DNA from: a bacterium
Lineage (GTDB): Bacteria; UBA8248
Length of the DNA stretch: 64,000 nt
Assembly: GCA_965219955.1 (NCBI GenBank)
Contig: OZ244799.1
Span: 2,560,001-2,624,000 of the forward strand
Direction of reading: 5' to 3'
Part shown: piece after piece, positions 26,983 through 37,518 of the stretch
Layout: the number at the start of each line of letters is the position of its first letter
How positions within the stretch are numbered: the stretch's first letter is position 1
Translations under genes and position numbers: made by a program
The notes under the pieces: model-generated
Database searches by the model: none
What the model saw: the letters and a program-made list of their open reading frames with translations, nothing else
What the model was told of the DNA's origin: nothing

Positions 26983-29265
26983 ATGGCTCAGGCTGAACCG
27001 CTTATCCGTTCCATCCCGCTCAGCCGGCTGGAACTCGCGCCGGAGAACGTCCGCAAGACCCCGCCCGACCCCGACTTTTTCGCGGAGCTCAAGGCCTCCA
27101 TCGCGGCCCACGGTCTGATGAAGAACCTGGTCGTCAGGACAGAGGACACAGGCTATGACCCCGGATCGGGTCCGGCTCCGGCCGAGCGCTATGCCGTGGT
27201 CGCCGGCGGACGCCGCCTCGCCGCCATGAACGCCCTGGCCGAAGAGGGCGTCCTCGACGCGGACCACCCCGTGCCCTGCCGGGTGATCGGCGCGTCGGAG
27301 AACGCGGAAGAATTCTCGCTCGCCGAGAACGTGGTGCGCGTCGCCATGCACCCCGCCGACCAGGTGGTCGCGTTCGGTAAGCTCGCGAACGCGGGGATAT
27401 CCGTATCCGCCATCGCGGCGCGCTTCGGCATGACGGATCGCATGGTCGAGCAGCGCCTGAGTCTCGGCGGCGCCGCCCCCGAACTGCTCGACGCCTACCG
27501 GGCCGAAAAGATGGACCTGGACACCCTGAAAGCCTTCACGGTCACGACCGACCGCGCCCGGCAGATGGCGGTCTGGGAGCAGGTGAAGGAATACGGCTAC
27601 GGGCCGAGCGGCTGGCAGGTGAGGCGCATACTGACCGAGGAGAACGTCCCCGCCGTATCGGCCGTGGCGCGCTTCGTGGGCGAAGAAGCCTACGAGGCGG
27701 CGGGCGGTACGCTCACGCGGGATCTGTTCGCCGAAGAGGACGCCCGGGGCATATGGTTCGACGATCCCGTCCTCCTGAACGAACTCGCGACGGAGAAGCT
27801 CCGCGCGGCGGCGGAGGAACTGAAGAAGCGCTGGAAGTGGGCCGATGCGGTGGTCGAGGCCGACTGGAGCGTGATCTCGGGCTTCGGGCGAATCCACCCC
27901 GAACCGGGCGCTCCCACCGATGAGGAGAAGGCCGAGCGGGAGAGGCTGTGGGCCCGCCACGGCGAACTCGTCGAATTGTATGAGGACGACTGGACGGACG
28001 AACTCGGCCAGGAGGCCGAAGCGATCGAGGCGCGCCTGCGCGCGATCGACGAAGCAGTGAACGCGCGGGCCGCCTTCCAGCCGAGCGATTACGAGTTGGC
28101 GGGCTGCATCGCCACGGTCGGCCACGACGGCGAGCTCAAGATAGTCGAGGGCCTCGTGAGGCCCGAGGACATGCCCGAGCGCACGGACGCGGGCGACGCG
28201 AACGGCGCCGGTCCGGGCCGCGTGGACGCGCCGCTCGCGTCGCCGGCCGACCCGCGCGCGAAAGCCCGCAAGGAGACGGGGATCGGGATCGGACTCGCCG
28301 ACGATTTGCGCGCCGTTCGCACGACGCTCGTCAAGGCGCACCTGTCGGGAGACTTCGAGGCGGCCTTCGACCTCACGCTCTTCCAGCTTGCCCGGGCCGC
28401 GTTCGCCGATGACCACATGGCGGGCGCCCTCGACATCGTCTTCAAGGAGACCGCCGACAGGCCGCCTTCGAGGGCGGGCGACGAGGATTTTTCCGCCTGG
28501 AGTCCTGGCGAGGTCATGCTGGCGGAACGTCCGGACCTCTCCCTGGCCTGGATGGAGAACGAGGACGAAGACGCCGCCTTCGCGGCGATGCGGGCGCTGC
28601 CCCAGGCGGAGAAAGAAGCCATCTACGCGGCGGCGGTCGCTCGCTCGCTCAAGGGACAGCTCGCCTTCGAGCCCGACGCCCGGCCCGTACTCGAAGCCAC
28701 GATAGCCCGCCTCGACGTCGACTTCGCGAAGCACGTGCGTCCTTCCGCCGCGATGTTCTGGTCGCGCATCACGAAGGCCCGCATCCTCGCCATCGCGCGC
28801 GCGACGCTGGGGCCCGTCTGGACCTCCGCCCGCGCGAAGTACAAGAAGGCCGACCTGGCCCTGGCGATGGAAGAAGCCTTCACCGCCGACCCGCCCGAGA
28901 ACCTGACCCCGAGGGTCCGTGCCGTTTTGGCCTGGACGCCGCCGGGGTTCGCGCCCTTCGACAAGGGACTGGTGGGGGAGGCCGTGGACGAAGACCCGCC
29001 GGCCGAAGATCCCGGAACGGAAGCCGTCGATGAAGAGGCCTCCGGCGCAGACGGCGGCGACGCTCTCGCCGACGCGGAATCAGGCCCCGGCACGGACGAT
29101 ACCGCCGGTGGCGACGCCCCCGCGGGCGGGGAACTCGCCCGGGCGGTCGACGCGATGAACGCGGTGCCCACCGCGGACGGCAGTCCGAGGGTGATCGTGC
29201 ACGGAATCGATCTCGCAAACGGCCAGGGGGAGCAGGAGAACGACGTCCCCGAATTCCTGCGCTGA
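26983..29265 (+). CDS. ParB/RepB/Spo0J-like protein of conjugative leading regions
   Basis: ENVRKT, ELKASIAAHGLMKNLVV, VVAGGRRL, SLAENVVRVAMHPADQ; AGGAGG RBS. Confidence 0.9.
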   Translation: MAQAEPLIRSIPLSRLELAPENVRKTPPDPDFFAELKASIAAHGLMKNLVVRTEDTGYDPGSGPAPAERYAVVAGGRRLAAMNALAEEGVLDADHPVPCRVIGASENAEEFSLAENVVRVAMHPADQVVAFGKLANAGISVSAIAARFGMTDRMVEQRLSLGGAAPELLDAYRAEKMDLDTLKAFTVTTDRARQMAVWEQVKEYGYGPSGWQVRRILTEENVPAVSAVARFVGEEAYEAAGGTLTRDLFAEEDARGIWFDDPVLLNELATEKLRAAAEELKKRWKWADAVVEADWSVISGFGRIHPEPGAPTDEEKAERERLWARHGELVELYEDDWTDELGQEAEAIEARLRAIDEAVNARAAFQPSDYELAGCIATVGHDGELKIVEGLVRPEDMPERTDAGDANGAGPGRVDAPLASPADPRAKARKETGIGIGLADDLRAVRTTLVKAHLSGDFEAAFDLTLFQLARAAFADDHMAGALDIVFKETADRPPSRAGDEDFSAWSPGEVMLAERPDLSLAWMENEDEDAAFAAMRALPQAEKEAIYAAAVARSLKGQLAFEPDARPVLEATIARLDVDFAKHVRPSAAMFWSRITKARILAIARATLGPVWTSARAKYKKADLALAMEEAFTADPPENLTPRVRAVLAWTPPGFAPFDKGLVGEAVDEDPPAEDPGTEAVDEEASGADGGDALADAESGPGTDDTAGGDAPAGGELARAVDAMNAVPTADGSPRVIVHGIDLANGQGEQENDVPEFLR

Positions 29266-29287
29266 ACCGCATCCCCGTTCAATCACG

Positions 29288-29326
29288 GCGCCCCGCGGCA
29301 TTTGCTGCGGGGCGCTTTTTTGTTTT
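29288..29326 (+). terminator. Intrinsic terminator
   Basis: GCGCCCCGCGGCA / TGCTGCGGGGCGC stem followed by TTTTTTGTTTT. Confidence 0.8.
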
Positions 29327-29348
29327 CACGTCTAAAGGAGTCCAGGAC

Positions 29349-31058
29349 ATGAACGACACACCGAATGTTTCACCGCGTCCCGAGCGGATCCGCGCCCGGA
29401 TCCACGAGGGCGCCCTTCATCGCGTCACGAGGATGTACACGGCGCGGCTCGCCGACGTCTTCACCGAGGCGCTGCAGAACAGCCGCCGGGCGGGAGCGAC
29501 GCGCGTCCGCGTCGCCATCGAGGAGGCCTCCGGCGCGCAGGCCGTCACCATCACCGACGACGGGGCCGGGATCGCCGACCCCGCCGTGTTGCTCTCCTTC
29601 GGCGAAAACGGCTGGAGCGAAGAACTGGTAAGGCGCGAGGACGCGGCGGGGATGGGGTTTTTGAGCCTGGCGCGCCGCGGCTGCACGGTCGCGTCGAGGA
29701 CGCCCTCGGGCGCCGGCTGGCGCGTCGAACTCACGCCCGCGCACTTCCGGGGAGAGGCGGAGGCGGAAGTCCTCTCAGGCGCTGATGCGCCGGAGCCCCA
29801 CGGGACGGCGGTCCGCTTCCGTACGGAAGAGAACCGCGAGGTGATCCGGCGCGCGCTCGAAAACGCGGCCCGGCACTACCCGCTCCCGGTCATGCTGAAC
29901 GGCGGATCCCTCCCGCGCCGGGATTTTCTCGAAAACGCCGTCCACACGGAGTCCTGGCGCGGCCTCGCCTTCGGAGTCTTCGCGAACAGAAGCCGCTACC
30001 GCGACGAACCCGACCTGAACTTCCACGGCCTGGTCCTGCCCGTGCGCCTGCCCACGGTCCATCCCGTGGACGGCCCCGCCTGGTCGGTCAGGGCCGATGT
30101 CGCGAACTGCCCGGAACTCGAACTCGTCCTGCCGGCGCGAAAGGAGGCGGTCGAGACGCCCTTCCTGCAAGACATGCGCGAAGCGGCGCGGACCGCGATC
30201 TACCGGGCGATGGCCAAGGCCGAAACCGCACCCGTCATCGCATTCGAGGAGTGGCGGCGCGCGCGTGCGGCCGGGGTCGAACTGCCGGCGCCTTCGCCCG
30301 CGCTTCGCCCCTGGCGGCCTCCGATCGCCGATATCGACAACTGGCTCGCGGGACCCGCGCCCGCACCCCTGCCCGCAGACGCGCTCCTGATGGATACGGA
30401 ACTCGGACCCCCCGAAGCGCAGGCGCTCTGGCGCGCGGCGAAACGCGGCGGGACGGCGCCGAGGCTCTTCGAGAGCGACCGCAGGTTCGAGGGCTACCCC
30501 TGGTACGACGCCCTCCCGCGCGTCAAGGACGTCCGGACCGATGTCGCGCTCGGCGGCGAGGCCCGTCCCCTCGAGGATTTTCAGGCCCCGTCCGACCGGT
30601 CGAGTCCCTCCGGTGAGCCGCCGCCGCGTCCGGATGCGATCCGCATGAGCCTCGACGTCGAGGGCCCGGAGGATGCGAGCGAGACCCTGGCGCTCGACGC
30701 CGACCTCGTCTTCGCCGGGGAGGCCTGGGCCTGGCTCGCGGACGTGGAGCCGCTCGTTACGGCGGACAGCGCCATCGAGCCGGCCGAACTCGCCGACGTC
30801 CTGCGCGACGCCTGGTTCTCGCCGTCGGACGAGGCGGACGCGGACAGCTGGGATACCCAGCGCGCCCGCTTCGAGGAGGAAGCCCTCCACCTGGCCATCG
30901 GCCTTTTGTGTTCGGAAGAGGAGGCGCTCAGGCGCACGATCGCCTGCGCGGTGCGGCGCGAGCTGTTCTGGCTCATTCCCAAAGACCGCGCCGTCACCAT
31001 CACCGTGCGAGGCGGCGCCGTCGTCATCGACCTGGCCGAAGAGGAGGTATCTCCATGA
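29349..31058 (+). CDS. GHKL (HATPase_c)-fold ATP-binding protein
   Basis: EALQNSRRAGA (N-box), DDGAGI (G1), AGMGF (G2), GTAV. Confidence 0.8.
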   Translation: MNDTPNVSPRPERIRARIHEGALHRVTRMYTARLADVFTEALQNSRRAGATRVRVAIEEASGAQAVTITDDGAGIADPAVLLSFGENGWSEELVRREDAAGMGFLSLARRGCTVASRTPSGAGWRVELTPAHFRGEAEAEVLSGADAPEPHGTAVRFRTEENREVIRRALENAARHYPLPVMLNGGSLPRRDFLENAVHTESWRGLAFGVFANRSRYRDEPDLNFHGLVLPVRLPTVHPVDGPAWSVRADVANCPELELVLPARKEAVETPFLQDMREAARTAIYRAMAKAETAPVIAFEEWRRARAAGVELPAPSPALRPWRPPIADIDNWLAGPAPAPLPADALLMDTELGPPEAQALWRAAKRGGTAPRLFESDRRFEGYPWYDALPRVKDVRTDVALGGEARPLEDFQAPSDRSSPSGEPPPRPDAIRMSLDVEGPEDASETLALDADLVFAGEAWAWLADVEPLVTADSAIEPAELADVLRDAWFSPSDEADADSWDTQRARFEEEALHLAIGLLCSEEEALRRTIACAVRRELFWLIPKDRAVTITVRGGAVVIDLAEEEVSP

Positions 31059-31534
31059 AAAAGACCTGGACCGTCCGGTGCGGATACGCGGCCCGCTTCG
31101 CCGATTCGTTCACCGTGGAGGCGGAGACCCTGGAGGAGGCGCTGGAGAAGGCCGTCGAGAACGCCCATGCAGACCGGGGGGCGAGCGTTCGTTGCCGCAG
31201 GGTTTTCGTGGACGCCGCCTGGGAGGGCGCCGATACCCGGGACCCGGACGCGGAATGGCCGGTCCCCGACCGGTTCACCGAGCGGGGCGAGCCGCCCCTC
31301 ATCACCCTGACCGATCCCGGCCGGGCGGGCGGCGGCGCCGTCGAGGTGTCCCGGGGGCGGGTCCTGCTCCGCTTCGAGACACCCGAGGCCACGCTCACGA
31401 ACGAGCTATCCGATCCGCCCCATCCGCCCCGCAACAAGCCGCTCGTGACGATCCGCCGCCGCGCCGACGGCGCACCCGACGTCACCGTGACCGGGGGCCG
31501 GGCGCGGGTACGGTTTCTCGGCTACCCGGCCTGA
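31055..31534 (+). CDS. Hypothetical protein
   Basis: GAGGAGG RBS, ATGA coupling to the upstream gene. Confidence 0.7.
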   Translation: MKKTWTVRCGYAARFADSFTVEAETLEEALEKAVENAHADRGASVRCRRVFVDAAWEGADTRDPDAEWPVPDRFTERGEPPLITLTDPGRAGGGAVEVSRGRVLLRFETPEATLTNELSDPPHPPRNKPLVTIRRRADGAPDVTVTGGRARVRFLGYPA

Positions 31535-31592
31535 CTGTACCGGAATCCCTTCACTGTTTCCGTTTCCGTATTTCACCTAAAGGAGAACGCCG

Positions 31593-31976
31593 ATGGAACT
31601 CGTCACACCGGAACAACGCGAGCAATTGCTCGCAAACGGCGCCAGGCGCGGCGCCGACCACGTGCCCGTGGTCAAGCTGTTCAACCCCTGCGGCGCAGGG
31701 ACCTGGTTCGTCACCGAACTCGACCCCGAGGATGAGTCCATAGCCTTCGGGCTCGCCGACCTCGGCTTCCAAACACCGGAAGTCGGGAGCTTCAGTCTCA
31801 GTGAGCTGGAAGCCTTCCAGGGGCCGTTCGGCCTGGGAATAGAGCGCGACCTGTACTTCGAGGCGAAGTTCACCCTCTCCGCCTACGCCGAGGCCGCCCG
31901 CGCCGAGGGCCGGATCGTCGAATACGGCACCGAGCTCGAGGCCGCCGGTCGCGGAAAGGCCGTCGCCGGTGGCTGA
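31593..31976 (+). CDS. DUF2958 family protein
   Basis: PVVKLFNPCGAGTWFVTELDP...FGLADLG...PEVGSFSLSEL...IERDLYF. Confidence 0.9.
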   Translation: MELVTPEQREQLLANGARRGADHVPVVKLFNPCGAGTWFVTELDPEDESIAFGLADLGFQTPEVGSFSLSELEAFQGPFGLGIERDLYFEAKFTLSAYAEAARAEGRIVEYGTELEAAGRGKAVAGG

Positions 31977-32011
31977 CCTGTCCGTTTCCCGTACACATTC
32001 TGGAGAAAGCC

Positions 32012-32329
32012 ATGCCCGACACCGAATCCCGGACTGCGACCACACACCCCATGGACCCCCGGCGCGGTGAGAGCCTCTCGCCGATGTTCGCGGCCTTTCT
32101 CTGCTGGCTCCTCGCACTGCCGCCCGTGACGGAACCAGCCATCACGGGCGTCGCGGTCGCGGGGGACAGCGTCCTCGCGGCCACGGACGCCGATCCCTTC
32201 TTCAACGCCCATCTCGGCAGCCTCGGGGAATTCGAGCGCAACCTGAGAGGCTGGGGCGAGGCCTGCGGCGCAGACGCCGCCATGATCGAGAGCCTCGTCA
32301 CGAAGCTCCGAAGCGCCGGACGGACCTGA
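32012..32329 (+). CDS. Hypothetical protein
   Basis: GGAG RBS, co-oriented with the leading region. Confidence 0.6.
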   Translation: MPDTESRTATTHPMDPRRGESLSPMFAAFLCWLLALPPVTEPAITGVAVAGDSVLAATDADPFFNAHLGSLGEFERNLRGWGEACGADAAMIESLVTKLRSAGRT

Positions 32330-32448
32330 CCTCCATTCACACCGCGTAGAGGCCGAGTCCGGGCCTGCCGGGGCGTTCCGGGAGGTCCCGGGGGAGCGAT
32401 CCCCCGGGGACGCCCTCCCTCATTCCCACGACAACCGAGGAGAGAGCC

Positions 32449-35400
32449 ATGCCGCAAGCCCTGACGGCGGAGGTGCGTCCGCGCGCCCCCCGCTCCAGTA
32501 CGCCCGCCGAAGCCGATGCGCTCTATGAAGCCGCCGGGACCCTGCTGCCCGTCCTGGCGGCGGGACGCCCGCTCGACGCGAACGCGCTGCGCGAAGCCAT
32601 GACGAGCGCTTTCGGCGCGAATGACGCCGGGGGCGCCTGGGTCTGGAAGGACGCCTACGAGGCGGCGGAAGCCGCCGTCGTGCTCTTCCTGAAACGCTAC
32701 GGGCGGGCCATGCGCCAGCGGGCGGGGGCCGGACCCGATGGTCCCGCCGCCATGCTGGCCATGCTGGAAAAACTGTCCGCGCTGGAACCCTCCCACACGA
32801 AGCGCTCCGAAGACCAGGTGCGCCTGCAGCAGTTCTCGACCCCGCTCGGCCTGGCATACGCCGCGGTGCGGGCGGCGGCGCTCCGGTCAGGCGACGTCGT
32901 TCTGGAGCCAAGCGCCGGGACCGGGATGCTCGCCGTGATGGCGCAGTGCGCGCTCGGGAGCGAAAACACGCTCCACCTGAACGAGATCGCGAACGTCCGG
33001 GCCGGCCTCCTCGCTCATCTCTTCCCGAATGCGGGCGTCACCCGCCACGACGCCGAGGCCGTCGCCGACCGCCTCCCCGGGGTCCGGCCGGACGTCGTCC
33101 TCATGAACCCGCCGTTCTCTGCCACGCCGGGCGTCGCCCGGGTCCGTCATGACGCGGACCTGCGCCACCTGCGCTCGGCCTTTTGCGCGCTGGTCCCTGG
33201 CGGGCGGCTGGTCGCCGTCACGTCGGCGGGCTGCGTCCCGGGCGATGTGGCCTGGAAGGCGGCCTTCTCATCCCTGGAGATACCCGCCCGCGTCGTCTTC
33301 ACGATGGCGATCGACGGGCGCGCCTACGCGAGGCGCGGCACCACCTACGACACCCGGCTCACCGTGATCGAAAAGAGCCAGAAACCCGGTGTCACCGTCG
33401 ACTCGGAAAACCGCGCCGCGGACGCAGCCGAACTGCTCGATGCGGTTACGGCGCATGTTCCGCCGCGCCTGCCTGCTTCTGCCGCCGAGACGCCCGCATC
33501 GGACGCCCCGCTCCGCGATCTTTTCGGCGAGCCGACGGCGTCCGAGACGAAAGCGCGCAAGACCAGGGTGAGGGACAACGGGCGGCCGGCGTCGGACTCC
33601 ACCCATGACCGGGGAGCGGTCGCCGAGCTCGCATACGAGGCGGCCCCGCCTTGCGGCGAGGACGAGACGGCAGGCCCCTACGCGCCCTGGCGGCCGGGCG
33701 TCGTCCACGTACCGGGCGCCGTAGCGCATCCCACGCCGCTCGTCCAGTCGGCCGCCATGGCCGCCGTCGCGCATCCAAAACCCGCGCACCGCCCGCTGCT
33801 GCCCGAACGCGTCGTCACGGAGGGTTTGCTCTCCGACGCCCAGATCGAGAGCGTCGTCCTGGCCGGCGAGGCGCACGAGCGCCACCTCTCCGCACGCTAC
33901 CGGGTCGGATCGGGCTGGGAGACGGTCCGCCGCTTCGATGAGGAAGGCGGGACCACGGCCGAGGAAGCCGTGACGGAAGACGGGGAAGTCCTCTCGGCGC
34001 CCGTGCGGTTCCGCAGGGGCTGGATGCTGGGCGACGGCACCGGGTGCGGCAAGGGCCGGCAGGTGGCCGCGGTCATCCTCGACAACATACTCCGCGGCAG
34101 GAGGCGCGCGCTCTGGCTATCGGCCTCCGCCAACCTGCTCGAAGACGCGCGCCGTGACTGGTGCGCCCTCGGGGGAAGCGCCGAGGACGTGATCCCGCTG
34201 GGGAACTTCCGCCAGGGGGCCGACATCCCGCACGAGAGCGGTATCCTGTTCGCGACTTACGCCACGCTGCGCGCGCCGGCCCGGGAGGGCAAGGCGTCGC
34301 GGCTCGAACAGGTGGTCGCCTGGCTCGCGGGCGGCTTGGACGAGGAAGACCTCCACGGCTTCGGCGGCGTGATCGTGTTCGACGAGTCCCACGCGATGGC
34401 GAACGCGGCGGGTTCCAGGGGCTCGCGCGGCGCCGTCAAGCCCTCCGCCCAGGGACGGGCGGGACTCAGGCTCCAGAACGCGCTTCCGGGCGCCCGGGTG
34501 CTCTACGTCTCGGCCACCGGAGCCACGACCGTGACCGGCCTCGCCTACGCTGGCCGCCTGGGCCTCTGGGGCGCGGGAGAGACCCCCTTCGAGAACCGCG
34601 AGGAATTCGTAACCGCGATGGAGGCGGGCGGCGTCGCCGCCATGGAAGTTGTGGCGCGCGATCTCAAGGCCCTGGGGCTGTACCAGGCGCGGGCCCTTTC
34701 GTATGAAGGGATCGAGGTCGACATACTCGAACACCCGCTGAGTCCCGAGCAGCGCCGCATCTACGACGCCTACGCCGGCGCCTTCAAGGTCATCCACGCC
34801 AATCTCCAGGACGCGCTCGAGGCCACGGGCATCATGCAGGGCGAGGAGACGCTGAACAGGAACGCGAAGTCAGCCGCGCTCTCCGCCTTCGAGGGCGCGA
34901 AGCAGCGCTTCTTCGGCCACCTTTTGACCTCGATGAAGTGTCCCTCGCTCATCCGGGCGGTGGAGACGGACCTCGACGCCGGCCGCTCGGCCGTTATCCA
35001 GTTGGTCTCCACCGGAGAGGCCCTGATGGAGCGGCGGATCGCGGAGATCCCGGCGTCTGAATGGGACGACCTGTCGATCGACCTCACGCCCCGGGAATAC
35101 GTGCTCGACTTCCTCGCCCACGCCTTCCCGGTGCAGTTGCAGGAGCCCTTCACAGACGATGAGGGGAACCTCATGAGCCGGCCCGCCGTCGACGAGGACG
35201 GGAACCCCGTACTCTCCCAGGAGGCCCTCGCCAAACGCGAGGCGCTGATCGCGAAGCTGGCGTCGCTGCCGCCCGTTCCATCCGCGCTGGACCAGATCGT
35301 GCACCGCTTCGGCCACGACGCCGTGGCCGAGGTGACGGGCCGCTCCAGGAGGGTGCTCCGTATCGAGGACGCGGGGGGTACCAGGCACGCGCTCCGTCCC

Positions 35401-36891
35401 CGGCCGGCCTCGGCCTCTCTCGCCGAGACGGCGTCCTTCATGGACGGAGACAAGCGGATCCTGGTCTTCTCGATGGCGGGCGGCACGGGGCGCAGCTACC
35501 ACGCCGACCTCTCCGCCGCCAATACGCAGCGGAGGGTCCACTACCTGCTCGAACCCGGCTGGCGGGCGGACCAGGCGATACAGGGCCTGGGACGCACCCA
35601 CCGGACGCACCAGGCTTCGGCGCCGCTTTTCCGGCCCGTGACCACCGACGTGAAGGGCGAGAAACGCTTCATCGCCACCATCGCGCGTCGGCTCGATTCC
35701 CTGGGCGCCATCACGCGCGGACAGCGCAACTCCCAGACCGCCATGGCCGGGAGCGAGGCGACGCTCTTCCGCGCGGGCGACAACCTCGAGAGCCCCTACG
35801 CCCGGGCGGCGCTGCGCCAGTTCTACGGCGCCTTGTGGCGGGGCGGTCTCCCCGGCTGGTCTCTGGAGCGCTTCGAGGAGGCGACCGGTCTCAAGCTCAC
35901 CTACGAGGGATCGCTGAAAGAAGACCTCCCGCCCATGCCGAGGTTCCTGAACCGCCTGCTCGCGCTCCCCATAGCGGAGCAGAACGCGCTGTTCGCGGAA
36001 CTCGAATCCCGCGTCGAGTCCAACATCGAGGCGGCCGTCGAGGCGGGAACGTACGAGGTCGGCGTCGAGACCCTGAGCGCGGACTCTCTCACGGCGGCCG
36101 GCAGCGAGACCCTCTACGTTCATCCCGGCACAGGTGCGGAAACAGGCCTCGTCGAGATCCTCCGCCGCGACAGGCTCGTGCCCGTGACCGCCGCCGCCGC
36201 GCTCGAGACGGCGGGTAAGTCCGGCGCGCCTGCGCTGGTCGTGAACGACCGCTCGAAACGCGCGGCCGTCGTCCTGCCCGCCCCCTCGATGCTGTTCGAC
36301 GACGGGGGCGTGCAGGAACGCGCAAGGCTTCTGAGACCCGCGGCGCGGGAGGGGGTGGTGAGAGCCGAACTCGATGCCTCGAACTGGCGCGAGGCGGATG
36401 AGGCCGAATGGCGCTCCCTCTGGGAGGAGGAGGTCGCCGCACTCCCCTCGCACCGGGAATCGCGCTTCTGGCTCGTGACGGGGCTCCTCCTGCCGGTCTG
36501 GGACCGGCTGGGTGCGGAGAACATGCGGGTGCACCGTCTCGCCACCGATGCGGGAGAGGCGATGATCGGGCGCGCATTGGACGCAACCGGCGTCCGGGCC
36601 GTGCGCGCCGCCTTCGGCCTCGACGGGGGGCCGTCTCTCGGTCCAGACGAGGCATTCGACGCCGTCATGGGACGCGGCGAGGTCCTGACCCTCGCGAACG
36701 GCTGGCGCCTCGCGCGCCGCCGCGTCATGGGAGCGCAGCGCCTGGAGATCGAAGGCCCCGACGACCGCCAGGTCACCGCCCTCAAGCGCGCGGGCTGTAC
36801 GGTCGAGATCATCTCCTGGAGAGCGCGGGTCTTCGCGCCCGACGCAGCCGCTCTCGCCCGCGTCCTCGAAGACCGGCCCCTCGCCGACTGA
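32449..36891 (+). CDS. DNA methyltransferase-like domain fused to a strawberry-notch family SF2 helicase
   Basis: LEPSAGTG and MNPPF; LGDGTGCGKGRQ, FDESH, SATGA, QGLGRTHRTHQ. Confidence 0.92.
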   Translation: MPQALTAEVRPRAPRSSTPAEADALYEAAGTLLPVLAAGRPLDANALREAMTSAFGANDAGGAWVWKDAYEAAEAAVVLFLKRYGRAMRQRAGAGPDGPAAMLAMLEKLSALEPSHTKRSEDQVRLQQFSTPLGLAYAAVRAAALRSGDVVLEPSAGTGMLAVMAQCALGSENTLHLNEIANVRAGLLAHLFPNAGVTRHDAEAVADRLPGVRPDVVLMNPPFSATPGVARVRHDADLRHLRSAFCALVPGGRLVAVTSAGCVPGDVAWKAAFSSLEIPARVVFTMAIDGRAYARRGTTYDTRLTVIEKSQKPGVTVDSENRAADAAELLDAVTAHVPPRLPASAAETPASDAPLRDLFGEPTASETKARKTRVRDNGRPASDSTHDRGAVAELAYEAAPPCGEDETAGPYAPWRPGVVHVPGAVAHPTPLVQSAAMAAVAHPKPAHRPLLPERVVTEGLLSDAQIESVVLAGEAHERHLSARYRVGSGWETVRRFDEEGGTTAEEAVTEDGEVLSAPVRFRRGWMLGDGTGCGKGRQVAAVILDNILRGRRRALWLSASANLLEDARRDWCALGGSAEDVIPLGNFRQGADIPHESGILFATYATLRAPAREGKASRLEQVVAWLAGGLDEEDLHGFGGVIVFDESHAMANAAGSRGSRGAVKPSAQGRAGLRLQNALPGARVLYVSATGATTVTGLAYAGRLGLWGAGETPFENREEFVTAMEAGGVAAMEVVARDLKALGLYQARALSYEGIEVDILEHPLSPEQRRIYDAYAGAFKVIHANLQDALEATGIMQGEETLNRNAKSAALSAFEGAKQRFFGHLLTSMKCPSLIRAVETDLDAGRSAVIQLVSTGEALMERRIAEIPASEWDDLSIDLTPREYVLDFLAHAFPVQLQEPFTDDEGNLMSRPAVDEDGNPVLSQEALAKREALIAKLASLPPVPSALDQIVHRFGHDAVAEVTGRSRRVLRIEDAGGTRHALRPRPASASLAETASFMDGDKRILVFSMAGGTGRSYHADLSAANTQRRVHYLLEPGWRADQAIQGLGRTHRTHQASAPLFRPVTTDVKGEKRFIATIARRLDSLGAITRGQRNSQTAMAGSEATLFRAGDNLESPYARAALRQFYGALWRGGLPGWSLERFEEATGLKLTYEGSLKEDLPPMPRFLNRLLALPIAEQNALFAELESRVESNIEAAVEAGTYEVGVETLSADSLTAAGSETLYVHPGTGAETGLVEILRRDRLVPVTAAAALETAGKSGAPALVVNDRSKRAAVVLPAPSMLFDDGGVQERARLLRPAAREGVVRAELDASNWREADEAEWRSLWEEEVAALPSHRESRFWLVTGLLLPVWDRLGAENMRVHRLATDAGEAMIGRALDATGVRAVRAAFGLDGGPSLGPDEAFDAVMGRGEVLTLANGWRLARRRVMGAQRLEIEGPDDRQVTALKRAGCTVEIISWRARVFAPDAAALARVLEDRPLAD

Positions 36892-37031
36892 ACCCGCACG
36901 TGCGGCCGGCCCGCATGCGTATGGCCGGCCCATCAACGGCCGGCGGGGGCTGTTCCACCAATCTATCCGTATTGTCGACCGCCCGGCGTCGTTCGCCGGG
37001 GGGTCCGCCATCAACCAAGGGAGTCCGTTCC

Positions 37032-37292
37032 ATGACCTCACAGACACTGCCGGAAGACCCCGACTTCGCCTTCTGTCCGGCCTACGGCCCGGCCGACGCG
37101 CCGCAGGAGATACGGCTCGTTATCGAAGGGATGACGGGGTGCATCTCCACCTCCCTCGTCGCCCTGAACCTGGAAGACGCGGAACGCTTTTGCGATCGGC
37201 TGAACGCCCGCCTCGGAAAAGACAGGGAGGCATGGTCCGCCCTGTCCGCGCGCTCGATGGGCCCGGCGCAGGACGACGAGACCGCAGGTTGA
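37032..37292 (+). CDS. Hypothetical protein
   Basis: AAGGGAG RBS, 86 aa, co-oriented. Confidence 0.6.
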   Translation: MTSQTLPEDPDFAFCPAYGPADAPQEIRLVIEGMTGCISTSLVALNLEDAERFCDRLNARLGKDREAWSALSARSMGPAQDDETAG

Positions 37293-37464
37293 GCCGCCCT
37301 CCTTGTGCGCAGCCGCCCTGGCGGGGGCGGGAGCGTTCGCGGTCCGCGGGCGAACGCGTGCAGCTTCTCGACAAGATGAGCAGGAACGCAACGGAGCGCA
37401 CCCCGAGACGGCGGCGACCGCCGCAGGCATGGGGGGGAGATATTCCGCTCTGCTCCTTTCACGG

Positions 37465-37493
37465 GCCGGCGTCCCGGCGTCGGCTTTTTTTTT
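37465..37493 (+). terminator. Intrinsic terminator just upstream of the toprim gene RBS
   Basis: GC-rich stem followed by a run of 9 T. Confidence 0.65.
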
Positions 37494-37518
37494 GCTGGTT
37501 ATCCAGAGGAGGTCCATC

